64,000 nt of DNA, from positions 1-64,000 of the IMG/VR virus record IMGVR_UViG_3300025322_000015; one strand, 5' to 3'. Source of the DNA: a virus. This document shows positions 55,618 to 64,000 of the stretch, piece after piece; within the stretch, counting starts at the first letter, position 1, and each line of letters starts with the position of its first letter. The notes beneath the pieces are model-generated. The model worked only from the letters and a program-made list of their open reading frames with translations, had not been told where the DNA came from and did no database searches. Made by a program: the position numbers and the translations under genes.

Positions 55618-56228
55618 ATATGTAACCCCGAGTCTGCCATCTCAACAAACTTCATGAATTCAGCCCTGGCCTCAGGCTCATTCAGGAAATCACCTGATAG
55701 ATGCGAAGTGTACGTCACCGTCCCCGACTTCTGGACGCCTCGCATCTCCATGCACATATGACGGCAGCGAATAACCACGCCCACAGCCGCAGGTTGTAGA
55801 TACTCGTCAAGAGCATCGGCGACTTGTCGGGTCAATCGTTCTTGTACCTGGAACCGCTGCGCAAACATATTCACGATGCGCGCGATCTTCGACAGGCCAA
55901 TAATCTTTCCTCGGGGAATGTAGCCAACGTGTGCTACTCCGAAGAACGGGAGCATATGATGCTCACACAAACTGTAGAGCTGAATCTGCCCTTGAAACAC
56001 AAGACCGTTGTAGCCCTCGGCCCCATCCTCAAACGCCTTTAGGAACGTCGTGGGATCAATATGATAACCCTGCGTCAAGGACTGCATGGCCTTCATGTAC
56101 CGCGCAGGCGTCTCACTAAGACCCGCCCGACGCATCTCATCGGGACCGACGAGGCGCTCCATAAAATTCTCGATACAATCAGATCCGAGTACGTGAGGAG
56201 TGCCCGCCTGTGGCAGTCGTTGGGTCAT
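55614..56228 (-). CDS. folE: GTP cyclohydrolase I
   Basis: ETPARY, SLCEHHMLPF, GLSKIAR, QVQERLT, HMCMEMRGV. Confidence 0.97.
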   Translation of the reverse strand: MTQRLPQAGTPHVLGSDCIENFMERLVGPDEMRRAGLSETPARYMKAMQSLTQGYHIDPTTFLKAFEDGAEGYNGLVFQGQIQLYSLCEHHMLPFFGVAHVGYIPRGKIIGLSKIARIVNMFAQRFQVQERLTRQVADALDEYLQPAAVGVVIRCRHMCMEMRGVQKSGTVTYTSHLSGDFLNEPEARAEFMKFVEMADSGLHI

Positions 56229-56318
56229 GTAAAAGATCCTGGGAAGTTAGCAATGTAGCAGGACCAGGATCTTGTCAATCCTGGCCCCAACTCTAAACGA
56301 GATGCCCTACAGGTGGGT

Positions 56319-57134
56319 CTACTCGTCGTCCATCTTCGAAGAGAGCGCCTTGCTGAGGCCGCCTTCTTCCTTCATGATCCGCAGCGTGTGGCGGAAGTCG
56401 GCGCGAACGGTCGTGACAGTCATATTACTGATCGTATCGAAACCCTTCTCCTTGAGAGCGTCGGTGAGGTTCTCGACCGATATCTGCGGGTCGCCGAGCA
56501 TGATCTTCTTGATGCTCGCCGTGACACCCTGCGCACCCGAGCGCTTGCCGGCCTTGGCTTCGGGCTTGGCAGCCTTCTTATCGGACTTGGCAGACTTCTC
56601 GTCCTTCTTGCCCTTCTTCTTCGGAGCCTCGTCTTCGTCGTCGTCCTCGGTCTCCTCCTCTTCCTTCTCTTCCTCTTCCTCTTCGTCGTCGTCCTTCGCC
56701 TTCTTCTTCGCCGGCTTCTTCTCTTCCTTCGCCGGCTTCTTATCTTCCTTGGCTTTCTCCTTGCCCTTCTTCTTCGCCGGCTTCTCTTCTTCTTCTTCTT
56801 CCTCGCCGTCCTCTTCTTCCTCGGTCTCCTCTTCCTCGTCGTCGTCCTTCTTGGACTTCTTCTTCGCCGGCTTCTCTTCTTCTTCTTCCTCGCCCTCTTC
56901 TTCCTCGTCTTCCTTGTCCTTCGGGAAGTCGGGGATATCCTTCTTCGCCTTGGCCTTCTTGGCCGCGTCGTTTGCCCACTTCTGCGCCGCCTCGGAAAGC
57001 TCAGCCCAGCCGTCATCGTCGAGATCGTCGATGGCCTTGAGAGCCCGAGCGAGATAATCGTCCCGACCTTCGCTGGATTTCTGCTTCTTGAGTTTCAGCG
57101 CTTTGACGAGTTCGGCTTCGACTTTCGATACCAT
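56319..57134 (-). CDS. Protein with folded termini and a central K/E/D block low-complexity region
   Basis: Helical N- and C-terminal domains flank about 130 aa of EEEEEKPAKKK-type repeats. Confidence 0.75.
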   Translation of the reverse strand: MVSKVEAELVKALKLKKQKSSEGRDDYLARALKAIDDLDDDGWAELSEAAQKWANDAAKKAKAKKDIPDFPKDKEDEEEEGEEEEEEKPAKKKSKKDDDEEEETEEEEDGEEEEEEEKPAKKKGKEKAKEDKKPAKEEKKPAKKKAKDDDEEEEEEKEEEETEDDDEDEAPKKKGKKDEKSAKSDKKAAKPEAKAGKRSGAQGVTASIKKIMLGDPQISVENLTDALKEKGFDTISNMTVTTVRADFRHTLRIMKEEGGLSKALSSKMDDE

Positions 57135-57185
57135 AATACTTCACCTTTGTTATTGCTGTTCAATCAGAACAAACAGTTTTAAACC

Positions 57186-57896
57186 CTAAGCGGCGTAGTG
57201 AGTAGGATCAGCGACCCCAGCCAATTCGAATCCTGCGCGGCGTGCCCGACACGTGGGACACTCTCCGCAATGCATTTCACCTCCTTTATAACAACTCCAA
57301 GTGTTGCTCCACCACACACCCAGTTCCTGCCCCTTGCGGATGATATCCGCTTTCGTCAACCATTGCAAGGGCGTATGCAACCGCACCTGAGAGTAGGTGC
57401 CGATGTAGATAGCATTCGCCATCGCACCATTGAACTCAGGCGAACAGTCGGGGTATGCCCAACCTTGAGCATCTTCGGCGTGAGCACCGTAATACAGAAT
57501 GTGCTCACCAGAATCCTCGACGGAACTGACGTCTCCGAATTCACCATTCAGGAGACCGCCGTGAAAGATAGATGCCGCCGCCGAAAGCAGCAATCCGTTT
57601 CGATACGGAACATACGTAGGAGAGGTGCCGACAATATCTTTGTAAGAGATACTGGGTACCTCACGCGACTCGTCGGTCAACATCGTCGAGGGAATGATCG
57701 AGCCGATATCGACGACTTTCCGAAGCACGCCGAGCACCTCACAACTGCGATCCGCGTACTCGATTTCCTTCCGGTGGCGCTGACCATAAGTAAGCGACAA
57801 ACCGAGTACGTTCGCCGCGCCGTGCTCCTTCGCTGCCATGTACAGAACTGTAGTGCTGTCGATACCACCACTCAATAAAACTGCTGCTTTCGACAT
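57186..57896 (-). CDS. queC: 7-cyano-7-deazaguanine synthase
   Basis: LLSGGIDST, YGQRH, YVPYRN, YPDC, TWSCY..HCGECPTC. Confidence 0.97.
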   Translation of the reverse strand: MSKAAVLLSGGIDSTTVLYMAAKEHGAANVLGLSLTYGQRHRKEIEYADRSCEVLGVLRKVVDIGSIIPSTMLTDESREVPSISYKDIVGTSPTYVPYRNGLLLSAAASIFHGGLLNGEFGDVSSVEDSGEHILYYGAHAEDAQGWAYPDCSPEFNGAMANAIYIGTYSQVRLHTPLQWLTKADIIRKGQELGVWWSNTWSCYKGGEMHCGECPTCRARRAGFELAGVADPTHYAA

Positions 57897-57905
57897 GCTA
57901 GACTC

Positions 57906-58511
57906 CTAGTGCGTTGCTTCGAGAAGATATTGCTTTGTCATTCCCAAGAGGTCGAGATTCTCCCCCTTACCTATGTATCGACGAATGCGAGCGTTTACGG
58001 TCTCCCTCGATCCATCAAGTCTGCGTCGAAACGGACGGCGCATCACATCTATTCCATGATCAGATACCAAGAATTGCAGGACTGACCGAATAGGCTCTGA
58101 GGCTTCAATTATCGTCCGCTGCACGCTGGAGTCACTGAACAAATCACCTGACTGACCGTTCCGTAGACAAACCCGATCAAGAAAGGCGTACCACTGCTCT
58201 AACGATACATGCTCTCCAGGATGGACTAAGTCGTCCATACGAACTTTTAATTTGTTGTATTCTTTGTCCTTGTCCCGTGAAGCGACCCATCGAATATGAT
58301 TCACGAACGTCATCTTGAACAAGCTCATCAGACGTCCATCCTGTGTCAGATCGCCGACGTCTGTATACTTGTTTACAACGATCCCCCAACACATATGCCC
58401 GTCTTGTATCAGGTCGTTCACGTCATCGTAGATATGACGAACCTTCCAATAATTCTTCCACGCGTACCTTTCCAACCATCGCGTTCCCCCTACGTCCAGT
58501 TTCACCACCAT
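57906..58511 (-). CDS. Putative sigma-factor-like transcription protein
   Basis: DDVNDLIQDG..KY..FKMTFVNHIR resembles sigma region 2; weak. Confidence 0.4.
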   Translation of the reverse strand: MVVKLDVGGTRWLERYAWKNYWKVRHIYDDVNDLIQDGHMCWGIVVNKYTDVGDLTQDGRLMSLFKMTFVNHIRWVASRDKDKEYNKLKVRMDDLVHPGEHVSLEQWYAFLDRVCLRNGQSGDLFSDSSVQRTIIEASEPIRSVLQFLVSDHGIDVMRRPFRRRLDGSRETVNARIRRYIGKGENLDLLGMTKQYLLEATH

Positions 58512-58600
58512 ACAAACCTCCTACGCCGTACGGAGGCTTAGCTTAAGGGTACTTTTATATTTTGCAATAGGTAAGGAAGGTACGCTACAGTAGGGCGTTA

Positions 58601-59101
58601 CTATAGCGGTTGGAAGTGCCTCTTGTTGAAGCAAACCGCTGAATTGCCGCCGTGCTCTGCGACTTCAACAGAGATAAGGAAACAGCGAGGACTGTAGCCA
58701 ACGTCGACAAGCCACTGCTCAGCGTGCTCAAGAATCAGCACGGAGACGGCTTCGCAGCCAACAGCAGGAAGTACCCGAATACAAAGAAGGCCACGACGGT
58801 CAGCCTCTTGTAGGAATGCCAACTGAGGATCATCCGCAGCCACGAGACACGTGTGATCGAACATGTCTTCCAGGTAGGCCTTAAGGGGCTTCAGACTGCC
58901 AAAGTCAACTACCCAGTTGTTATCGTCAAGCTCGGAGGCGCCGAACGTGAACTTTACTTTTAGAGGGTAGCCATGCAAATACCGACAATGGGAGTTGGCC
59001 CGCCATTGTCGGAAGCAGCAGGAGAGTCCTGCTTCATGCATATACGTTTTTGTGGAGATGTGACCGCGGTTCGGGTCTGGCGGGATATTTGACATACGCA
59101 A
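58601..59101 (-). CDS. queD: 6-carboxytetrahydropterin synthase
   Basis: SHCRYLHGY, WVVDFGSLK, FDHT, VEVAEH. Confidence 0.92.
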   Translation of the reverse strand: MRMSNIPPDPNRGHISTKTYMHEAGLSCCFRQWRANSHCRYLHGYPLKVKFTFGASELDDNNWVVDFGSLKPLKAYLEDMFDHTCLVAADDPQLAFLQEADRRGLLCIRVLPAVGCEAVSVLILEHAEQWLVDVGYSPRCFLISVEVAEHGGNSAVCFNKRHFQPL

Positions 59102-59196
59102 GCCTTGTTGTCATTACTTATTACTTTGGGGGTTTCTCGATAAACGGGACCCCCAGCTCCGCCACAGGAGAACCATGATGTGCTTCATGGTTATGC

Positions 59197-60216
59197 CTAT
59201 CGAGATAAGGCAAACACTTTCAGGAAATCTGTTTTAGACAGTTCTCCCGGATCCTTTACACCTTCTGGCAGATGTAGGACCTCAATATCAGCAGATGCAA
59301 GAACCCAGTCAAATTCGGTCTTCAGCGTAAGAGATTTCGAAAGGGTTCCTGCATCCAGTAGTAAACATCTTCTCTTGTATTTCGGTAGCAGTCTGTACAG
59401 TAGTCCTATTTGCCGATGTGACGGCTGGGCGGTGAAAAAGCATGTTGCGATTAGAGCATGGCGGTCTCCTAACACTCTCAGCCTTAGCGCATCAAACGGA
59501 CCCTCTACGATCACCAAGGTCTCGAAGGTTCCTGCACTTGCTTCATCATACCACAACAGGAAATCACTAATGTTGCCTGCTGCGTATTCTTGCCCGAGCA
59601 CACTAGCACGATCGGGATCGACGGTCAATGTTTTATAGCGCAAAGTGTCAGACTGAAATATAGATCTCCCTGTCCAGGTAACAAGCTTTCCTTCATAAAA
59701 AATGGGGAACATGATCCGTCCTCGAAATGGACCATGTTTACAATACCGGATCCCGTACTTAGCCGTCAGGGAGTCGATCTTCTTGTTGGAATACCCACGC
59801 CGTAGCAGGTACGATCGGTAGTACCGCTCACCAGGTTTATTGGAAAACGGAAGAAATTCTTCAGGCATTTTTAGGCTACGCAAAGGCGCAGGGTCTGGAA
59901 CGGACGTCGACAGCAACGCTTCCACGCTCCCTAAGAGATCACCCGGTAGACTCGCGGACTCGCCGGCAAGACGCTGGGCTTGCTCCCATGAGCAACCGAG
60001 AAGCAATTGAACCAGACGCGCCACGCTCGTGCCGCGATGCGCATGGTCTCGCCAGCAGCCCCACCAGGGCCCCACGAGAGAGATGCCTAAGTGGTGCGAG
60101 GGATCCCCCGCACCACAAAGGGGACAATGAACGTTGATATTATTCCGAGCAACGTTAGGACCGGTGGTGATATACTCAATCCCGTTCCGGTCCAAAAAAT
60201 CTGGCCAATCAAACAT
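59197..60216 (-). CDS. DNA primase (Zn finger plus TOPRIM)
   Basis: CPLCG..H..CWRD Zn finger, RIMFPI, GRSI, IVEGPFD, LLDAG, KDPGE. Confidence 0.9.
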   Translation of the reverse strand: MFDWPDFLDRNGIEYITTGPNVARNNINVHCPLCGAGDPSHHLGISLVGPWWGCWRDHAHRGTSVARLVQLLLGCSWEQAQRLAGESASLPGDLLGSVEALLSTSVPDPAPLRSLKMPEEFLPFSNKPGERYYRSYLLRRGYSNKKIDSLTAKYGIRYCKHGPFRGRIMFPIFYEGKLVTWTGRSIFQSDTLRYKTLTVDPDRASVLGQEYAAGNISDFLLWYDEASAGTFETLVIVEGPFDALRLRVLGDRHALIATCFFTAQPSHRQIGLLYRLLPKYKRRCLLLDAGTLSKSLTLKTEFDWVLASADIEVLHLPEGVKDPGELSKTDFLKVFALSR

Positions 60217-60217
60217 G

Positions 60218-60865
60218 CTACTTCTTCACCAGGTCCTTGACTTCGATCTCCGAAAGATCGGGTATTTCATCGTTCATGTTCATCAACCAATATGCGTCGT
60301 CTTCAAGGTCGCTGACATCCTTAAACGCCAGCCTGGTGAGGTTGCGATAGAAGGCGCCCATGATCCCGTAGTTGGCGATGCCGACGGAAGGATCACTCAT
60401 CTGGTACAGCTCATGCCCTTGCGGAACAAAGGCGATACGAGTTAGTGCTGCGGGCGGGATACGGCCGAAATACGTACAGGTCCCCATATGCTGAACAGAT
60501 GCGGGAGCATGCTGCTTGAACTCGACAAGGGCTCGCTTGCGGAACCATAGAGTACGCTCTTTCATATCCTTTCCGCAGTTCGAGTACTTCGGATCTTTTC
60601 GAGTTGCTTGCTCGAGGAAATCCTCATCGGGAGCGAGTAAATCGAATGACAAAAGTTCTGTGTCTACCTCGAGCAGCGCGAGGCGTTCTTCCCTCCGCAC
60701 GCACGCCTTAGCGAAGTGAATGGGATACGCTGTAGTGAGGTATACAGCACGACTATTCGAGGTAACAGTGTTCTGCCAATTACCTTTGCGATTGCCGCGA
60801 GGCGTAATGCCGTTCCGAAGAATCGACTCCACGTACCGCTCACTTGTTCCATGATAGAGTTTCAT
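60218..60865 (-). CDS. ADP-ribosyltransferase-fold protein (HGT/YLT type, Tpt1/PARP-like); start trimmed to MKLYHGT
   Basis: LYHGTS..SILRNGI, AVYLTT, LLEVD. Confidence 0.6.
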   Translation of the reverse strand: MKLYHGTSERYVESILRNGITPRGNRKGNWQNTVTSNSRAVYLTTAYPIHFAKACVRREERLALLEVDTELLSFDLLAPDEDFLEQATRKDPKYSNCGKDMKERTLWFRKRALVEFKQHAPASVQHMGTCTYFGRIPPAALTRIAFVPQGHELYQMSDPSVGIANYGIMGAFYRNLTRLAFKDVSDLEDDAYWLMNMNDEIPDLSEIEVKDLVKK

Positions 60866-60867
60866 TC

Positions 60868-61314
60868 TCAAACTCCGTCTTTGTCTGAATCGTCGGAGTG
60901 CTCGGCACGATCCCAACCGTTCTGCCAAGCTCGATCGAGAGTCGAACCTAACTCATACGGCCGCCCAGACATGCGCGCAGTATCTCCTTCGAGGAACGCG
61001 GAGTATCCTTCGAGGTCGGCCGCGTCGATATCATCTTGAGTCACGATGCCGTCCGGCTTTGGTTTGTCGAACGTAGGCATCGATCCCGTAGGTTTGAGAT
61101 CACGGTGGACATACCCAGAGTGGCGCGGGCGAGGGTCTCCGTAAGGCTGGTACGTACAGGCGGTGGGTGTCCGATCGAGATAGGTATCCGTGCCGGGCAC
61201 TTTCGGAGCGCTGGGAACCTCCCGCATAACTATAGATGTCGCCTCCGCCAGCTGAAGCACATTGCCGAGAAAGGGCCGTGTCGGAAATTTAACTGTAACT
61301 TCCCAGTCCATCAT
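60868..61314 (-). CDS. Hypothetical protein with C-terminal ribosome-modulation-factor-like motif
   Basis: EGYSAFLEG..RPYELGSTLDRAWQNGW resembles the RMF pattern GY.AG..G....PY......W..GW. Confidence 0.55.
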   Translation of the reverse strand: MMDWEVTVKFPTRPFLGNVLQLAEATSIVMREVPSAPKVPGTDTYLDRTPTACTYQPYGDPRPRHSGYVHRDLKPTGSMPTFDKPKPDGIVTQDDIDAADLEGYSAFLEGDTARMSGRPYELGSTLDRAWQNGWDRAEHSDDSDKDGV

Positions 61315-61363
61315 CTTCTCCTGTGTTGAGAAGCGGAGGCGTTGCCGCCCCCGCAGTGCTGTT

Positions 61364-62341
61364 CTAGCGCTTTACCAACTCGAGGGCAATCTCGAATGCC
61401 TTCCGTTTGATATCGCCCGTGTAGCCGAACCAAGCCGAAGTCAGACCGTTATCACGAGTCCGACCCATGTCGTGGTCGATGACGTACGTGACGGCGTTCA
61501 GAGCTCCCCACAGCGTGCCCTTGCAGGACTTGAAATCCTGGCCGGGAGCGGACTCGAGAGCCTCGTTGAACTTATTCAACATGCTGGGTAGACGTACCGT
61601 TCCGTCTTTCCGCAGCTTGGCAGTTTCTGGATCGAACTTCAAAATCGTGTTGAAGTATGAATCGAGGGCCTCCTGCTTGAGCTTCGTCTTGGCGAACAAC
61701 TTAGTCGCCTCCTCAAACTCCGCAGACTGCGTCAACGCAATCCCGAGGGCCTTCTCCGCAGCAGCCCTAGAGACCTCATCGAAATCGATCGAGTGCGGGA
61801 TATTGAAAGTCAGCCCCCGAGTATTCCTCCCCGTAAGGTTGGCTCCGAGTGCAAAGTTCAACGTGTTCCAGCACACCACACGCACGCCTGTAAATTTGAT
61901 CGAGCGGCTGTACCCGTAGATGTGCGGGTTGCAGAAGAGTAGATACGTACGAACCTCGTCGTCCTTGCCGATGACAAAATCCCGCTTGACGCGAGCCAGA
62001 CACCAGACATACTGGCCACCATGTAGTGAGCCGGCCGTCTCGAGTTCCATATTCCCCGCTTCCACGAACTTGTGAAAGAATCCGAGGACTTCGTAATTCT
62101 GAGTCACCTTGTAGGTGGAACCGACGATCGAGATGATCTTCTTGTCCGTGTCGCGCACAATAGCGCGCATCTTCGGAACCTCGGTATTATCACCAAGGTA
62201 AAGCTTCTCCTTGGTCACCAGCCAATCGAGACCGGAGAGCTTTAACATCTCGTCGGTGCTGACACCGGGAGGAATTTCTGTGCCGAGGCCGTGCCAGGGG
62301 GTTTCACCCGCGTACGCCATTGTTTCTACATGATCAGCCAT
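61364..62341 (-). CDS. DUF932/DUF945-family protein; start trimmed to MADHVETM
   Basis: VETMAYAGETPWHGLG, LETAGSLHGG..VWCLA, VRVVCWNTL, GTLWGALNAVTYVIDH. Confidence 0.9.
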   Translation of the reverse strand: MADHVETMAYAGETPWHGLGTEIPPGVSTDEMLKLSGLDWLVTKEKLYLGDNTEVPKMRAIVRDTDKKIISIVGSTYKVTQNYEVLGFFHKFVEAGNMELETAGSLHGGQYVWCLARVKRDFVIGKDDEVRTYLLFCNPHIYGYSRSIKFTGVRVVCWNTLNFALGANLTGRNTRGLTFNIPHSIDFDEVSRAAAEKALGIALTQSAEFEEATKLFAKTKLKQEALDSYFNTILKFDPETAKLRKDGTVRLPSMLNKFNEALESAPGQDFKSCKGTLWGALNAVTYVIDHDMGRTRDNGLTSAWFGYTGDIKRKAFEIALELVKR

Positions 62342-62392
62342 TGTAGTCTCCTGTGGTGGGAAGGGGCGGAGGATTTCTCCCCCGCGCAAGTG

Positions 62393-62575
62393 TTACTTCG
62401 CTTCGACAACTTCGTAGGTAAACGTCCTTGGACCGCTTCCGGTCAGGCGAACAGCCATGGCGTCCACCTTCTCCTTATCATTACCAATGCGGCCGAGAAT
62501 ACGAGGCAGCGTAGTACGGAGGTCAGTAACTTCACCGGTGGCCGTGCGCGTCTCTAGAATCGTGTATCTAGTCAT
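62393..62575 (-). CDS. Hypothetical early protein
   Basis: 60 aa with the strong leader motif. Confidence 0.65.
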   Translation of the reverse strand: MTRYTILETRTATGEVTDLRTTLPRILGRIGNDKEKVDAMAVRLTGSGPRTFTYEVVEAK

Positions 62576-62612
62576 CTTCTTCTCCTGTGATTAGGAAGGG
62601 GAAAGGTGGGGG

Positions 62613-62855
62613 TTATTCCCCCACCACCACAAGTCCGAAAGCTGATTTGGGATCGTTGTCTTCTGGGCGGTAAAGACCTTTCTTGGTTAGGCTTGACAAG
62701 ACTCCTGACCAAGTGCGGCGAGGCATTTCAACTTTTGCTGACGCGTTGTCGATATAAACCGATTTCCAGATCTTTCCGGCTTGGCTGATTTCTCCGCCTT
62801 CGACGTTGGAGCGGAGGGAGGCAAGGGCTTTCGTTTCGAGATCCGTGAGCTTCAT
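62613..62855 (-). CDS. Hypothetical early protein (possible winged helix)
   Basis: 80 aa; WSGVLSSLTKKGLY; strong leader motif. Confidence 0.7.
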   Translation of the reverse strand: MKLTDLETKALASLRSNVEGGEISQAGKIWKSVYIDNASAKVEMPRRTWSGVLSSLTKKGLYRPEDNDPKSAFGLVVVGE

Positions 62856-62944
62856 CTTCTTCTCCTGTGTGTCGTCTTCGTCTGCCTATGCATTATGTGT
62901 AAGGCATAGACTCTACCTACGCAATGGAAAAAATTAGTTCAAAC

Positions 62945-62970
62945 AAAAAAAAAGCGGGGACCAGCCCCGC
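62945..62970 (-). terminator. Rho-independent terminator
   Basis: gcgggg/ccccgc stem followed by 9 T on the minus strand. Confidence 0.85.
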
Positions 62971-62973
62971 CTC

Positions 62974-63267
62974 TCATTCTCCAATATCACTGTAAAGCTG
63001 CTCTAGGTGAAGCGCCAGGAGGAACTTCCGGCGCCGCATGCGAGCCGCACTCATCTTCGCATGCTTCTTGCTCTTGGGGGAACCGACAGGCTCACCTCCG
63101 CAATCGGGATACACCTTACCCTCGACAACCTTGTAGCAGCCGCGACCCCAAATCTCTCCGTTGATACGACGGCCCTTCTGATCGTGCTTGGAGCGGCTCA
63201 TTGTATTCTCCTTTCTACGTGTATTTACCAAACAGGCCCTTAGCTTCAAAAACTTTCTTTTGGGCAC
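62974..63267 (-). CDS. Small basic hypothetical protein (probable start MSRSKHD)
   Basis: AGGAG Shine-Dalgarno site before MSRSK; ends at the terminator. Confidence 0.55.
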   Translation of the reverse strand: MPKRKFLKLRACLVNTRRKENTMSRSKHDQKGRRINGEIWGRGCYKVVEGKVYPDCGGEPVGSPKSKKHAKMSAARMRRRKFLLALHLEQLYSDIGE

Positions 63268-63448
63268 TTTGAAAAGCTATGCCAGTACTCCTCGCATCTT
63301 CTTCGTATTCAAGGCTGTGGAGGATCTGTGCGAGGACTTGAAGTTCCGCTTCCGTAAACTTCACGGTCGCAATCTTCTTCCTCGTTGTCGCATTCTTGAC
63401 TGCCATCATTCTTCTCCTGAATAGGTGTGGAAAGTCTCCTCCCCACAC
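63215..63448 (-). CDS. Hypothetical protein (probable start MMAVKN)
   Basis: CAGGAGAAG Shine-Dalgarno site before MMAVK. Confidence 0.55.
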   Translation of the reverse strand: MWGGDFPHLFRRRMMAVKNATTRKKIATVKFTEAELQVLAQILHSLEYEEDARSTGIAFQSAQKKVFEAKGLFGKYT

Positions 63449-63463
63449 CTTAGCTACAACTGG

Positions 63464-64000
63464 CTACGTCAGCAGATTACTGGTGTTGCCCCCTCCGCCG
63501 ATCTGAGTGTCCAGGCCGATCGAATCGCCAGCGACTCGACCAGCTCGCAGCCCAGCAGCATCGTACATCTGCTTCTTTGTCTTCCCCGGGCTCAGAGACA
63601 TCTGACTTTCCAGGAAAGCTCGGATCTCAGAGTCGGCCCGATCGTAGAGGCTCGCGAGGGCCGGAAGATTACCACCGGAAGTCGTCGGAGCCGTGACAGC
63701 CTGAATCTTCGCCATGACACGATCGGCAACTCGATGCGCAGCCGCCGTCTTGAATGCTGTCATGAAGCTCCAATACTTCTTCTTGTCCTCGATCTGGTCA
63801 GCAGCCTCCTTCGCGAGACGGTCGATCGTAGCAACAATGTAATCGAACATCATATTCGCGATATCAAGGTTGTGCTCCTCACCGGCGAAGCAATGCCGCT
63901 CGCGCTTGTACATATTCTTGCCCTTCGACTGAACGTGAACCACGCTGTAGAAGTATTTGCAGAAATACATCTTCCCAACTGCGACACCGATCTGCCGTTT
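63464..64000 (-). CDS. DUF2786-associated family protein (partial; 5' end beyond window)
   Basis: Frame is open to the window edge; FAGEEHNLDIANMMFDYIV..SFMTAFKTAAAHRVADRV. Confidence 0.65.
   Translation of the reverse strand, partial: KRQIGVAVGKMYFCKYFYSVVHVQSKGKNMYKRERHCFAGEEHNLDIANMMFDYIVATIDRLAKEAADQIEDKKKYWSFMTAFKTAAAHRVADRVMAKIQAVTAPTTSGGNLPALASLYDRADSEIRAFLESQMSLSPGKTKKQMYDAAGLRAGRVAGDSIGLDTQIGGGGNTSNLLT

Larger units (their letters stand above)
61315..62869 (-). promoter_or_regulatory. Repeated CACAGGAGA(AG) leader/SD motif before early genes (61315-61325, 62346-62355, 62579-62589, 62859-62869; also 22341-22351)
   Basis: Same motif a few nt upstream of five start codons; three copies are preceded by a GC hairpin. 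Confidence 0.7.

Noticed and set aside
59180-59638. Plus-strand ORF preceded by a CACAGGAGA motif at about 59163
   Set aside because: Almost entirely antisense to the primase. The ATG nearest the motif opens only a 20-codon frame. It remains a weak possibility for an antisense regulatory peptide.
1-64000. tRNA genes, integrase/repressor, IS elements, introns or inteins
   Set aside because: No cloverleaf with T-loop/CCA in the GC-rich intergenic hairpins; no recombinase or transposase motifs; TerL, PolA and RecA are of uninterrupted, ordinary length.

Overview
The window is a continuous segment of a tailed dsDNA phage genome (siphovirus-type morphogenesis module), coded almost entirely on the minus strand. 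Reading in the direction of transcription (right to left): early or host-takeover genes (60-64 kb), then a replication/recombination module (primase, beta-clamp, UDG-PolA fusion, clamp loader, UvsY/gp32/UvsX-like, resolvase, SbcCD-like). A 7-deazaguanine DNA-modification set is interleaved with it (queD, queC, folE, dpdA-like TGT), with queF 16 kb away. Next is a surface/exclusion island (Omp25/RopB-like beta-barrel, Imm), an endolysin, nucleotide-metabolism genes (thyX, dCTP deaminase, kinase), terminase and portal. The head-neck-tail module is heavily interrupted by accessory genes. The OMP family suggests an alphaproteobacterial (Hyphomicrobiales-like) host; this is inference. The most striking feature is a dispersed set of about 7 glycosyltransferase-like and 7 small-molecule SAM-methyltransferase genes, plus a cytidylyltransferase and a sialidase-like protein, much of it embedded among head and neck genes. 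It is a candidate phage-encoded glycan synthesis and methylation system, possibly decorating the virion. Also notable: a ChaB-Acb1-prohead protease fusion, a MuF-ADP-ribosyltransferase, a candidate preQ1-tailoring Cys-cluster enzyme, and a family of dispersed intergenic palindromes. I found no integrase, tRNA or CRISPR array. All product calls come from motif recognition by eye; no database searches were run.
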